Assembly (NCBI GenBank): GCA_001798165.1
Contig: MGRL01000069.1
Location: 1 to 55,658, forward strand
Direction of reading: 5' to 3'
Origin: Deltaproteobacteria bacterium RIFCSPHIGHO2_02_FULL_43_33
GTDB taxonomy: Bacteria; Desulfobacterota; GWC2-55-46; UBA9637
Length of the DNA: 55,658 nt
In this document: positions 9,259-22,306 of the stretch, one piece after another
How positions within the stretch are numbered: position 1 is the first letter of the stretch
Layout of the letters: each line of letters begins with the position of its first letter
The notes under the pieces: generated by a model
The model's database searches: none
The model's input: only the letters and a program-made list of their open reading frames with translations
Told to the model about the DNA's origin: nothing
Translations under genes and position numbers: made by a program

Positions 9259-10572
9259 ATGGCCTATAAAGAAATCATAGATAAAATTAACAAACGCTCT
9301 GCCAAAATAGGCATAATCGGCCTTGGTTATGTGGGCTTGCCTTTAGTAATCAGATTCTGCGAAGAGGGTTTTAATGTGTTGGGATTTGATATAGACCCTC
9401 AAAAGGTAAGTCATCTTAACCAAGGTAATTCTTATATAAAGCACATCCCTTCTGATACCATACAAAGGCTGGCAGCCAAAAAAGTTTTTTCAGCTACGGC
9501 AGATATGTCTAAATTAAGAGAGGCAAATGCCATCATTATCTGCGTTCCTACACCATTAACTGACAAAAGAGAGCCTGATATGCAGTATGTGGAGAATACT
9601 GCAAAAGAGATTGCCAAAAACTTAAGAAAAGGGCAACTTGTGTCGCTTGAGTCTACCACATATCCTGGCACAACTGAAGAACTTCTATTGCCGCTGTTTA
9701 CCGAAAAAGGCTTAAAGGCCGGCAAAGATTTCTTCCTTGTATTTTCTCCGGAAAGGGAAGACCCGGGACGCAAGGATTTTACAACAAAAACAACACCGAA
9801 GATTATTGGAGGAGTCACATCAAATTGTCTTCAAGCGGGTGAAGCCCTGTATTCAAAGATTGTGGATAAGGTTGTAAAGGTTTCGTCTCCAAAGGCTGCC
9901 GAGATGACTAAACTCCTTGAGAATATATACCGCAGCGTTAATATAGCGCTTGTTAATGAGCTGAAGATGCTCTGCGACAGGATGGGGATAGATATATGGG
10001 AGGTTATAGAGGCTGCAAAGACAAAACCCTTTGGCTTTCAGGCATTCTATCCGGGCCCCGGGCTTGGCGGCCATTGTATACCTGTTGACCCTTTCTACCT
10101 AACATGGAAGGCAAGGGAATATGATTTCTCCACAAGATTTATAGAGCTTGCCGGAGAGATAAACACCTCCATGCCTTATTACGTCGTAGGAAAGGCGGCG
10201 GATGCCTTGAACTCGAAGGGTGTTGCGATAAAGGGCTCAAAGGTTTTGGTCTTGGGTGCGGCGTATAAAAAAGACGTTGACGACATGAGGGAATCGCCTG
10301 CCGTACACGTGATAGAGCTTTTGCAAAGCAAGGGCGCGAAGGTTGATTACAACGACCCTTACGTGCCGAAATTGCCGAAGCTGAGAGGCCACACGTTAAA
10401 CATGAAGAGCGTCAAACTCGACGGTAAGACCATAAAGAAATACGACTGCGTTGTCATAGTGACAGACCATTCCTCTTATGATTATCGCTGGCTTGCCAAG
10501 GAATCGAGGCTTCTTGTTGATTCAAGGGGCGCGGTAAAGGGCATTAACGCTAAAAACATAGTGAGGGCTTAG
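9259..10572 (+). CDS. UDP-N-acetylhexosamine 6-dehydrogenase (WbpA/WecC family)
   Basis: GLGYVG, CVPTP, ESTTYPGTT, SPERED, KLLEN, GGHCIP, YKKDVDDMRESP. Confidence 0.92.
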   Translation: MAYKEIIDKINKRSAKIGIIGLGYVGLPLVIRFCEEGFNVLGFDIDPQKVSHLNQGNSYIKHIPSDTIQRLAAKKVFSATADMSKLREANAIIICVPTPLTDKREPDMQYVENTAKEIAKNLRKGQLVSLESTTYPGTTEELLLPLFTEKGLKAGKDFFLVFSPEREDPGRKDFTTKTTPKIIGGVTSNCLQAGEALYSKIVDKVVKVSSPKAAEMTKLLENIYRSVNIALVNELKMLCDRMGIDIWEVIEAAKTKPFGFQAFYPGPGLGGHCIPVDPFYLTWKAREYDFSTRFIELAGEINTSMPYYVVGKAADALNSKGVAIKGSKVLVLGAAYKKDVDDMRESPAVHVIELLQSKGAKVDYNDPYVPKLPKLRGHTLNMKSVKLDGKTIKKYDCVVIVTDHSSYDYRWLAKESRLLVDSRGAVKGINAKNIVRA

Positions 10573-12952
<2,380 letters not shown>

Positions 12953-12956
<4 letters not shown>

Positions 12957-14434
12957 GAGATACTTTTAAAAACGCGTCATACAACACCTTTGGATATATA
13001 TTTCCGATAGCGCTTTCCATTCTTGCCATGCCCTACATGGTGAGAAAGCTCACACCGGAGGTTTACGGCATTTACATCCTCTGTGTTTCCATTGCAGGCA
13101 TGCTCTCTTTCCTTGACATGGGTTTCGGACAGGGAATCGTCAGGTTTGTCTCCAAATATGAGGCGAAAAATGACCGTGAAAGGATAAATGAGATTATAAA
13201 GGTAACCTTCACGGTGCATGCCATAATGGGGGTTGTCGGCGGCGCCGTCATATACCTTTTATCAGGGTTCCTTGCCGGAAGGGTTTTCAAGATAGCGCCG
13301 GAATATGCGGGGACAGCCGTGTTCGCCTTCAACATAGCGGCCATAGGTTTTTTCATAAACTTCATTACCGCTACTTTTTTCAGCATACCCAAGGCGCTTC
13401 AGCGCTATGACATTTTCATAAAGATACAGAATTCTATTTTTTTCTTACAGATAACCTCCGCTGTTACGCTGCTTTACATGGGAATGGGCCTGATTGAAAT
13501 TTTAGTTACGCAGGTTTTTTTCCAGACCGCCGGGTTTTTGTTCTTCTACGTTTCTTCAAAGAGGATTTTGCCGACGCTTAGGGTCGGGTTCGGCTTCAAT
13601 ACAGAAGTATTTAAGGAGATATTCGGCTTCAGCATATACACTGCCTTGAACGAAGTCACCGCAAGCGCCATATACAAGGGCGATAAGATGATAATCGGGG
13701 CGCTGCTCGGCGTGGAGGCAGTTACGTTTTACAGCGTCCCTTCAATGCTTGTCCAAGCGGCAAACGGGTTGATACATTTTTCCTCTCAGTCCCTGATGCC
13801 GGGTGTAAGCTACGCGCAGTCTTTACTTGATAGGGAAATGCTTAATGGCCTTTATAAAAAATCCGTAAGATTCGCCCTTACGGCCGGGCTTTTAATCAAT
13901 GTTCCGCTGATTCTGCTCGGAAACGCAGTTCTTACCCTCTGGATGGGAAAGGAGTTTTCGGAGAAGTCTTCATTCCTTATTCCCGTCATGTCGATAATTT
14001 TCTTTTTAAAGTCTCCGGCCCTCGTAGCGCTCTGGTTCTGTAACGGCCTCGGAAGGGCTGATATGAACTTCATGGCATCCACCACTGGGGCAGTGTTATA
14101 CCTTGTGGGAGCGGCTTTAATGGTTCCCATCTTCGGGCTTATGGGAGCCGCCGTTTCCCTTGCATTGGTGCTTGTGCCGCATCCGGTGTATTTCTACATC
14201 CTCAACCGTATGCTGGGCGTAAATTCAGGATGGTTTGTCGCAATCTTTTCAAAGGCAATTATTATTGCGCTCTTCGCGCTCGCCTTAAGGCAGTTTATAA
14301 CGTTCCCTGGCGAGATTGGGTGGTTTATCTTTATTACACTTTCTATTGCCGCAGGGGTTTTGTTTGTTGCCTATGCCATAAAAATAATCCTTAAGGAGGA
14401 TTTCATCGAAATCCTTGAGAGACTCAGACCATGA
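12953..14434 (+). CDS. wzx: Oligosaccharide flippase (Wzx family)
   Basis: Polytopic membrane protein; FLDMGFGQGIVRF; DKMIIG; glycan-cluster context. Confidence 0.85.
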
Positions 14435-15267
14435 ACTTTATTATGAACCTTATAAAGAGAATCCTTTACAACATCAGTTGCATCCTTTTTGTCCTGAACG
14501 GCATGAAGCCATGGAGAATCGGGTATAACTTTTACAAGCATAAAAAAATCCGTGAGGCTCTTGAGCGCGGCGGTTTTGACGCAAAAAAACTTCCACCGGG
14601 CCATGGCTTCAGGATTGACGACAGGATTGTAGAATACCCGTGGCTTTTTTCAAGGCTGCCGGATGGGGAAGGAAATCTTCTTGACGCCGGTTCGGTATTG
14701 AACATTGATTATATACTTTCTCACAAGGCGCTGGGATCGAAAAAGATATTCATTTCCACTCTTGCCCCCGAGCGTCATTGTTTCTGTCAGAGAGGCGTCT
14801 CTTATGTTTATCAAGACTTGCGGGACACGTGTTACAAAGACTATTATTTTGATTGGATAGTATGCCTTTCCACCCTTGAACATGTGGGTATGGACAACAC
14901 AATGGTCTATACAAAGGACTTAACGAAGATGGAAAATGATCCTCTGGCGTATCTGCGGGTAATAAAAGAATTTCGAAGGATTTTAAAGCCTGGAGGGGTT
15001 CTTTATCTCAGCGTTCCGTTCGGGAAGCATAAAAATCATGGCTGGTTTCAGGTTTTTGATGGGGTAATGGTGGACAGGATTGTCAGCGCTTTTTCTCCAT
15101 CGTTTGCAATTGAGAATTATTTCAAATATGAACCTGATGGATGGATGACGGCTTTTAGAGAAGAGTGTAAAGAAGCTCTCTCTTATGACATGATAACAGA
15201 GAAAACACCGGGCAAGGATTACGCCGCGGCGTCCGGGGCAAACGTTTGTTTGGAATTGGTCAAATAG
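14431..15267 (+). CDS. Class I SAM-dependent methyltransferase-like protein (DUF268-like)
   Basis: RIVEYPW, LLDAGS, CLSTLEHVG, RILKPGG. Confidence 0.75.
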   Translation: MNFIMNLIKRILYNISCILFVLNGMKPWRIGYNFYKHKKIREALERGGFDAKKLPPGHGFRIDDRIVEYPWLFSRLPDGEGNLLDAGSVLNIDYILSHKALGSKKIFISTLAPERHCFCQRGVSYVYQDLRDTCYKDYYFDWIVCLSTLEHVGMDNTMVYTKDLTKMENDPLAYLRVIKEFRRILKPGGVLYLSVPFGKHKNHGWFQVFDGVMVDRIVSAFSPSFAIENYFKYEPDGWMTAFREECKEALSYDMITEKTPGKDYAAASGANVCLELVK

Positions 15268-15294
15268 CAAGATAATCTAATGGGGGAGATTTAA

Positions 15295-15996
15295 TTGAAG
15301 GAAATATTAGATTCGTACATAAAAGTTGCCTTTGGCTCGTATGAGCAGGCCAAGTTTAAGTTTAAACAGTTCGAAGTCAACTATAAGCGTTTCTTTCCCT
15401 CCGGCAGGGATGCGAGGGTTCTTGACGTTGGAATCGGCAGGGGCGAGATGCTTACCTGCATGAAAATCTGGGGTTACAAAAATTACCTCGGCATCGATAT
15501 TTCGCCGGATACCGTTGATTTTTGCAAATCCCTCGGTTTGAACTGCGCGCTGGTCGAGGACATACCGGCATGGCTTGAGGACAAAAATAAGGATACCTTT
15601 GAGATTATAACTCTCCTTGATGTGCTCGAACATGTAAGAAAGGAGGAAACCATCGGCTTTTTAAAGGCGCTGAGGGCCTCTCTTAAAGACGGCGGCCTCC
15701 TCATAATTCAGACCCCGAACCTGCAGTCCCCCGACGGGCAACTCCACAGATACAATGATTTCACCCATGAGGTTGGTTATATAGAGCACAGTCTTCAGCA
15801 GGTTTTAATGGCCGCCGGTTTTAAAGACATAAAGTTCGGCGGCTTTGAGGAATTTGCGATTGGCATATTGAAAGAGAAGATTCTTAAAGTATTGCGAAGA
15901 TTCTATTGGTTTTACGTAAGGAAGCTTAGATTGATTAATGGAAATTTGAATCCAGATATATTAACCCCGGTATTTTTCGCGGTGGTAAAAAAATAG
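15295..15996 (+). CDS. Class I SAM-dependent methyltransferase
   Basis: VLDVGIGRG, GIDIS, DVLEHV, LKDGG, QTPN, DFTHE. Confidence 0.85.
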   Translation: MKEILDSYIKVAFGSYEQAKFKFKQFEVNYKRFFPSGRDARVLDVGIGRGEMLTCMKIWGYKNYLGIDISPDTVDFCKSLGLNCALVEDIPAWLEDKNKDTFEIITLLDVLEHVRKEETIGFLKALRASLKDGGLLIIQTPNLQSPDGQLHRYNDFTHEVGYIEHSLQQVLMAAGFKDIKFGGFEEFAIGILKEKILKVLRRFYWFYVRKLRLINGNLNPDILTPVFFAVVKK

Positions 15997-15998
15997 CC

Positions 15999-17258
15999 AT
16001 GCGTATATGTTTGCCTATCGGATACCTTCCCCTCGGCACGGTCGGGGGAGTAGAAACCTATGCGCGGAACCTCGTGAAGGCTCTTCAAGCGGTCGACCGT
16101 TCAAACGAGTACCTTCTGTATTGTTCCATCGCCAACGAGGAGGCTTTTCCTGCCACAGCCGAAAACTTCAAAAAAATAATTTTCGGGAAATATAAGCCAA
16201 TAGAAATCGCTAAAATGAAAGCAATGGCTATGGTCGGAGGAATCATCTTTGAATCGGGCGGCAAATCGCTGTTTATGAAAACCGTCAGGCGTTCGGCCGA
16301 ACTGGCCGTCAAGGCCGCCAAGGTTCTCCACAGTCCCAGCGGGAATTCAACCGCCGCCTCGCAGCAGTGCGATGTCATACACTACATGTTCCAGACCTTT
16401 CCCCACGAAAAACATCATGATGCGCCTGTGGTACTGACCGTCGTAGACATTCAACAAGAGTATTTTCCCCAGTTTTTCAGCAAAGAAGAACTTGAACGGA
16501 GGAGGCTTACCTATAGAGCATCAGCGGAAAAGGCCAGCCATATAATTGCCATAAGCGGATTCACCAAAAAGAGCCTTGTTGAACTCTACAACATCCCCGA
16601 CGGGAAGGTCTCCGTTACGCACCTCGGTTATGACGACAAAGTGTTCAAAAAGTTTTACGGCACGGAAGTCGACGAATTCAGGACGCGGCGCCGCCTGCCT
16701 TCAAAATTTATGTTGTACCCGGCAGCAACATGGCCGCACAAAAATCACATAAATCTCGTGCGGGCCTATAAGATAATGAAGGAAAGGTTCAGGTTCGAAG
16801 ACAAACTTGTCTTTACCGGCATCAAGAAACAAAACCACTCCGTGGTGACAAAAGAGATAGAGCGGCTCGGATTAAAGGAAGACATAATCCACATAGGCTA
16901 CCTGCCTTATGAGGATCTGCCGCTTCTCTACGGTGCGGCCAACCTTATGGTCTTTCCCTCGTTTTTTGAGGGCTTTGGAATACCGGTAGTTGAAGCAATG
17001 GCAACAGGGCTTCCCGTTGCGTGCTCAAACGCGACGTGTCTTCCGGAAGTGGTCGGTGACGCCGCAATTCTGTTTGACCCCGAAGACCCCGATGACATAG
17101 CCGTGAAGGTTCATATGCTTTACGACGGAGATTTAAGAAATGTCCTTATAGAGAAGGGGCTTGAAAGGGCAAAGTCGTTTACATGGGAGAGCACGGCCGT
17201 GGAAACCCTGAAGGTTTATGAGGAAGTTTACAAGGAATTTTCAGGAAAGAGGACTTAA
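15999..17258 (+). CDS. GT4 family glycosyltransferase
   Basis: YPAATWPHKNH; FPSFFEGFGIPVVEAM. Confidence 0.9.
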   Translation: MRICLPIGYLPLGTVGGVETYARNLVKALQAVDRSNEYLLYCSIANEEAFPATAENFKKIIFGKYKPIEIAKMKAMAMVGGIIFESGGKSLFMKTVRRSAELAVKAAKVLHSPSGNSTAASQQCDVIHYMFQTFPHEKHHDAPVVLTVVDIQQEYFPQFFSKEELERRRLTYRASAEKASHIIAISGFTKKSLVELYNIPDGKVSVTHLGYDDKVFKKFYGTEVDEFRTRRRLPSKFMLYPAATWPHKNHINLVRAYKIMKERFRFEDKLVFTGIKKQNHSVVTKEIERLGLKEDIIHIGYLPYEDLPLLYGAANLMVFPSFFEGFGIPVVEAMATGLPVACSNATCLPEVVGDAAILFDPEDPDDIAVKVHMLYDGDLRNVLIEKGLERAKSFTWESTAVETLKVYEEVYKEFSGKRT

Positions 17259-17261
17259 AAA

Positions 17262-18176
17262 ATGAGCGGACCGCTCGTATCCATAATCACCCCCTCTTAT
17301 AACCAAGGGGTGTTTATCGAGGAAACGATAAAAAGCGTTCTTTCTCAGGACTATCCGAACATCGAGTATATAGTCGTTGACGGAGGCTCAATGGACAATA
17401 CCGTCGAGATACTTAAAAAATACGAGGGAAGGCTCCGATGGATTTCCGAAAAAGACAGAGGCCAGTCGGATGCGATAAATAAGGGGTTCAGGATGTCTAA
17501 AGGCGAAATACTCGCATGGCTCAATTCCGACGATACTTTTTTACCGGGGGCGGTAAGAAAGATGGCCGAGGCCTTCAATTTCAGTCCTGATGCAGGCATG
17601 ATTTATGCCGGAGGGTATTATACGGACGAAAAAGGCAATATCGTCGACAGTCACCCGCCCGAACCTTTTGACCGTGAGAAGCTCGCCTCTTCAGGCTTCA
17701 TATTTCAGCCTTCCACTTTTTTCAGGAGAGAGGCTTTCTTTGGAGCCGGTGGTCTGGATGAGAGCCTTCATTATACGATGGACCACGATCTTTGGCTGAA
17801 GATATGCAGCAAGCATAAGGTTGGGCATATCGAGGAGTTTTTGTCAACATACAGGATTCACGGGGAGTCAAAAACCATGGCGGAAAGAAACAGGCTTGAA
17901 TTCGCTGAGGAATCTTTAAAGACGATATTCAGACATTACCGCCGCGCCCCGATAAACCGCGTTTACGCATACTGTTACTATCTCGTGAAAAGCAAGGCGC
18001 CCTACGTTGCAAGGTTTACGCCCCTGCTCGTATTTCTTGCGATCGCCGTCTCAATCGTAAAATATTTGCGCCTGAACAGGGGGATAAACATTAAGGATGT
18101 GAAACTTCTTAACCTTTCGAACATAAGGAGACTCTTCAGCGCCCGGATGGACGCGATAAAGACGGATAGGAAATGA
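17262..18176 (+). CDS. GT2 family glycosyltransferase
   Basis: SIITPSYNQ, VVDGGS, AWLNSDD. Confidence 0.9.
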   Translation: MSGPLVSIITPSYNQGVFIEETIKSVLSQDYPNIEYIVVDGGSMDNTVEILKKYEGRLRWISEKDRGQSDAINKGFRMSKGEILAWLNSDDTFLPGAVRKMAEAFNFSPDAGMIYAGGYYTDEKGNIVDSHPPEPFDREKLASSGFIFQPSTFFRREAFFGAGGLDESLHYTMDHDLWLKICSKHKVGHIEEFLSTYRIHGESKTMAERNRLEFAEESLKTIFRHYRRAPINRVYAYCYYLVKSKAPYVARFTPLLVFLAIAVSIVKYLRLNRGINIKDVKLLNLSNIRRLFSARMDAIKTDRK

Positions 18177-18247
18177 GGTTATGTTTTTTGGTATACTAAA
18201 AAAGTTGTTTTCCACAGAAATTTTTATGGGAGAGGAAAGGCATTATC

Positions 18248-19396
18248 ATGTCGAAAATTTATTCGGATAAAAAAATTTTTATGCTTAGGGCGAAGCTCGG
18301 CTCAAGATACATTTGGAAGTATCTGGCGGACGAATTAATCCGTGCGCATAAATTCGACCGTTCGCCGCTAAAACCACTGGACGTAGTCTGTGATATTACG
18401 TATAATTGCAACTCTAAATGTCTGACATGTTTCAGGTGGGCTTCCGCGCCCGACCCCAATGAACTCGGCCTTGAGGACTGGAAGATAGTCATTGAGAGGT
18501 TGAAGTCGTGGCTCGGAACTTTTACCATCACGTTCAGCGGAGGGGAGCCTTTTTTAAAGAAGGACATGATGGATATATTGAGATTTGCGTCCGGAAAAGA
18601 CATCGTCGTAGGAGTTGTGTCGAACGGTTCGCTGATAGACGAAGCCCTCGCAAAGGCCATATCGTCTTCAGGCATAGATGCGGTATGCTTTTCCTTAAAC
18701 AGTTTGAATCCGGCGGTTCACAACAAAACGAGGGGCAGCGACAGAAGTTTCGCTCAGGTCATGTCGGCCATTGAAAACCTTAGAGGCAGGGGCAAAACAA
18801 GGCTTGCCATCTGCGCCACCGTTATAAGAGAAAATATAAACGACCTGGCCGGTCTTGCGGAGTTCGTGGCGTCAAATGGTCTCGACGGCATCAATTTCCA
18901 GCCTTTAATGGAGGCCTCCATCATACGTAATTTTGATAAAGACGGAAAATCCACGGTGCCGCCAAAGGGTAAACTCTACGAAGGGCTGGAAAAAACAAAC
19001 ACGGAGAATGTCGATAACGTCTTTGAGCAACTTATTGCCATGAAGGAGAAAGGTTACCCGATCAACAATCCAGTCAAACATCTAAGATACATCTCGATGT
19101 ATCTTAAAAACCCCGATGACCCGAGGCTTTCCGCCCTCCCCTGCAAGATAGGCCCGAAAAACTTCCTTCTTGACCCCTTCGGCAACGTGAGGATATGTCA
19201 GGTGATGGAGCCTATAGGCAATGTAATGGCGGAACTTCCACAAAAAATCTGGAACTCGGAGAAGGCGCGGAAACAGAGGGAAATGATAAGGAGCTGCAAT
19301 AGGGCATGCAGGCTGTTGAACTGCAATTTCAAGGAATTGGACATCGCCTCCAGGGTGAGAAGGATGATGAGGTTACTAAAGAGGCGGCAAAAATAA
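18248..19396 (+). CDS. Radical SAM protein with SPASM/twitch-like C-terminus
   Basis: CNSKCLTC, FSGGEP, SNG; C-terminal cysteines (PCKIG, RIC, CNRACRLLNC). Confidence 0.85.
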   Translation: MSKIYSDKKIFMLRAKLGSRYIWKYLADELIRAHKFDRSPLKPLDVVCDITYNCNSKCLTCFRWASAPDPNELGLEDWKIVIERLKSWLGTFTITFSGGEPFLKKDMMDILRFASGKDIVVGVVSNGSLIDEALAKAISSSGIDAVCFSLNSLNPAVHNKTRGSDRSFAQVMSAIENLRGRGKTRLAICATVIRENINDLAGLAEFVASNGLDGINFQPLMEASIIRNFDKDGKSTVPPKGKLYEGLEKTNTENVDNVFEQLIAMKEKGYPINNPVKHLRYISMYLKNPDDPRLSALPCKIGPKNFLLDPFGNVRICQVMEPIGNVMAELPQKIWNSEKARKQREMIRSCNRACRLLNCNFKELDIASRVRRMMRLLKRRQK

Positions 19397-20811
19397 TGAG
19401 AGCCATGAAGATACTCCTTGTAAACTGCATAAATCTGGAAGAGGGGCTTCGCGCGCAGGAGGATTCGGCGGAGCATCTGGGAATCCTTTACATAGCGTCC
19501 TCTTTGAGGAAGCATTTTACGGAGAATGAACTTGGAATGAGTGTTACCTATGGGCCGGTTTTCGGCTCGACCCTCAACGACATCAAGCCTGATGTGGTTG
19601 GTCTTTCGTCCGTTTCTCAAAACTACCACATCGCCCAGAGATACGCTAAACTCTGTAAAGAGAGAAACATCCCCGTCATAGTGGGAGGCGTTCATATATC
19701 TACGCTTCCCCACACCCTTACCGAAGACATGGACGTCGGGATTATCAACGAGGGTGAAGACGCTATAGTAGAACTCATGCGCATCTTCATGGAAGACAAT
19801 GCTCTTACGAGGCAAAAACTCGCCGGTGTAAAGGGCATCGTTTACCATGATGGCGGCGGGCTCGTTATGACGCCGTCTCGCGAGCGCATAAAAGACCTCG
19901 ATACTTTGCCGATTCCGGCGAGGGAACTTTATCACCATCCGCGCCGCGGGATATTTACTTCTCGTGGCTGCCCATACGATTGCGTCTTTTGTTTTTCAAA
20001 GCCCTTCTGGGGCGCGAAGGCGCGGTTCTTTTCCCCCGAGTACGTGGTGAAAGAAATGGCCCATATAGTCGAAAGGTTCAACGTGTCTCAGCTTTCCATC
20101 TATGACGACCTTTTTATAGCGCCGAGGGCGAGATTCAAAAAGATGGTCGAGCTTATAAGGGAGGCCGGACTTCATGAAAAGATAACCTTCAACTGCAACG
20201 TCCGGCCGAACGAGATAACGGACGAAGTCGCGGAACTCCTTAAGAGCATGAACATAACGCACGTGTTCCTCGGCATCGAATCAGGCAATCAGAGGGTCTT
20301 GAAATACCTTAAAAAACAGGCCTGCAGCGTCGAACAGAACCGTAACGCCATAAAGATACTCAAAAAACACGGCATCATCACTTACGGAGGTTTCATCATC
20401 GGTTCTCCGGACGAGACGAGGGAGGAGATAATGGACACCTACAGGTTCATCCGGAAATCCGGCATAGACTGCTTTTCCCCGCTCATGCTCACCCCGCTTC
20501 CGGGAACTCCGGTGTGGGATATCGCTAAAAAAAGAGGGCTTGTTTCGGACTTCATGGACTGGAACATCCTGAGGGAGGAATTTAACGAGGTGGAAAGCCG
20601 CCATATCGTAATGTCAGAGGTGCTTCCGAGGGAGGAACTGTCGAAACTCTACAGGAAGTTCAAAAGACTTCAGAAGAGGAAGTATTTCTACCTTGCCCTC
20701 AAACACCCATTTGTCGGAATAAGAGAAATGATACGACTTTTAAAAAGGCAGTTTCATTACATAAAACTCCTGTATTCAAGAAACGTCATAAAGGATAGCG
20801 CCAACGTCTGA
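19396..20811 (+). CDS. Cobalamin-binding radical SAM protein
   Basis: HLGILYIAS, VGGVH, EGE, TSRGCPYDCVFC, GIESG; start at MRAMK overlaps the upstream stop. Confidence 0.88.
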   Translation: MRAMKILLVNCINLEEGLRAQEDSAEHLGILYIASSLRKHFTENELGMSVTYGPVFGSTLNDIKPDVVGLSSVSQNYHIAQRYAKLCKERNIPVIVGGVHISTLPHTLTEDMDVGIINEGEDAIVELMRIFMEDNALTRQKLAGVKGIVYHDGGGLVMTPSRERIKDLDTLPIPARELYHHPRRGIFTSRGCPYDCVFCFSKPFWGAKARFFSPEYVVKEMAHIVERFNVSQLSIYDDLFIAPRARFKKMVELIREAGLHEKITFNCNVRPNEITDEVAELLKSMNITHVFLGIESGNQRVLKYLKKQACSVEQNRNAIKILKKHGIITYGGFIIGSPDETREEIMDTYRFIRKSGIDCFSPLMLTPLPGTPVWDIAKKRGLVSDFMDWNILREEFNEVESRHIVMSEVLPREELSKLYRKFKRLQKRKYFYLALKHPFVGIREMIRLLKRQFHYIKLLYSRNVIKDSANV

Positions 20812-20875
20812 CGAGGGTTAGAATCTCGCTGACCCGGTTTCTTATTTAAAGAATGGAGCTTGGACAATTCATCAA

Positions 20876-22306
20876 ATGCAACCCTTAAATAAAAATATTC
20901 ATGCAGTGATTCTGGCAGGAGGCACAGGCACACGATTCTGGCCATTGAGCAGAGAGAGGTCTCCAAAGCAGATGCTTAAGATTTTTGGCGAAGACACAAT
21001 GATAAGGCAGACCATAAAAAGGATTTGTGGTCTTGTGTCTGAGCAAAATATCTCTATTGTCACAAATGAAAGATTGGCATTTGATTTAAATCTTCATCTT
21101 GAGGGGATCAAAAGAAGAAAAGACGATTTTAAGATAATCGCTGAGTCAATTGGCAGAAACACGGCGCCGGCTATAGGCCTCGCAGCGGTTTATCTTAAGA
21201 AGAATAATCCTGATTCAATAATGGTTGTATTGTCTTCGGACCACAGCATCGGTAACGAAAAAGCATTTATTGATGTGCTGAAAAAAGCAATAAAGAGCGC
21301 TGAAAAGGGGAACCTTGTTACTCTTGGCGTAAAGCCAGTTCGACCGGAAACAGGATATGGGTATATAAAAGCAGGAGTCAGGAATCAGAAGTCAGGAATC
21401 AGGAAGGTTGAAAAGTTTACAGAAAAACCTGATATTAAAACTGCGCAGCGCTATTTAGAAAGCGGTAATTACTTCTGGAACAGCGGAATATTTGTATGGA
21501 AGGTCTCCGCAATCCTCGGAGAGATAAAAAAATATATGCCGCTGCTGTACAGCGGACTTTTAAAAATAGAAAAGGCGCTGGCCACAAAAAATGAAAGAAA
21601 GATTATAGAAGAAGTGTATTCGGAACTTGAAAGCCAATCCATTGACTACGGCGTCCTTGAAAAGAGCAACAAGGTAATGGTTGCGCCCGCTGACATCGGG
21701 TGGTGTGATGTAGGCAGTTGGACAGCCCTTGATGATGTGCTTCCGCATGATGATAACGGCAATATAATCAAGGGAAATGTTGTAGATATAGCAAGCAAAG
21801 ATTCTATAATATTTTCCAGTGATAGGCTTGTTGCGACTATAGGTTTGAAAAATATGGTCATAGTCGATACCCCGGACGCCACGCTTGTGTGTGAAAAGCA
21901 TAGGGCGCAGGATGTTAAAAAAATTGTCGACGAGTTGAAAAGACGCGGCAAGGAAGAACATCTTATCCACAAGACGGTGGAAAGGCCGTGGGGGGCATAT
22001 ACGGTGCTTGAATGCGGTGACCGATATAAAATAAAAAGACTGGCTATAAAACCGGGCGGAAGGCTGAGTATGCAACTGCATCGCCACAGGAGCGAACACT
22101 GGGTTGTTGTCTCAGGCACAGCCCGCGTTACAAAAGACACAGAGGTTTATGATGTGCATCCGAATGAGAGCACCTATATTCCCATGTCGACAAAACACAG
22201 GCTTGAGAATATCGGCAAAGTCCTTCTGCAGATTATAGAGGTTCAGAATGGCGAATATCTCGGCGAGGATGATATAGAGAGGATAGACGATGATTACAAC
22301 CGTTAA
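20876..22306 (+). CDS. manC: Mannose-1-phosphate guanylyltransferase / mannose-6-phosphate isomerase
   Basis: ILAGGTGTRFWPLSR, FTEKP, WNSGIF, SIDYGVLEK; cupin tail RPWG...HRHRSEHW. Confidence 0.95.
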   Translation: MQPLNKNIHAVILAGGTGTRFWPLSRERSPKQMLKIFGEDTMIRQTIKRICGLVSEQNISIVTNERLAFDLNLHLEGIKRRKDDFKIIAESIGRNTAPAIGLAAVYLKKNNPDSIMVVLSSDHSIGNEKAFIDVLKKAIKSAEKGNLVTLGVKPVRPETGYGYIKAGVRNQKSGIRKVEKFTEKPDIKTAQRYLESGNYFWNSGIFVWKVSAILGEIKKYMPLLYSGLLKIEKALATKNERKIIEEVYSELESQSIDYGVLEKSNKVMVAPADIGWCDVGSWTALDDVLPHDDNGNIIKGNVVDIASKDSIIFSSDRLVATIGLKNMVIVDTPDATLVCEKHRAQDVKKIVDELKRRGKEEHLIHKTVERPWGAYTVLECGDRYKIKRLAIKPGGRLSMQLHRHRSEHWVVVSGTARVTKDTEVYDVHPNESTYIPMSTKHRLENIGKVLLQIIEVQNGEYLGEDDIERIDDDYNR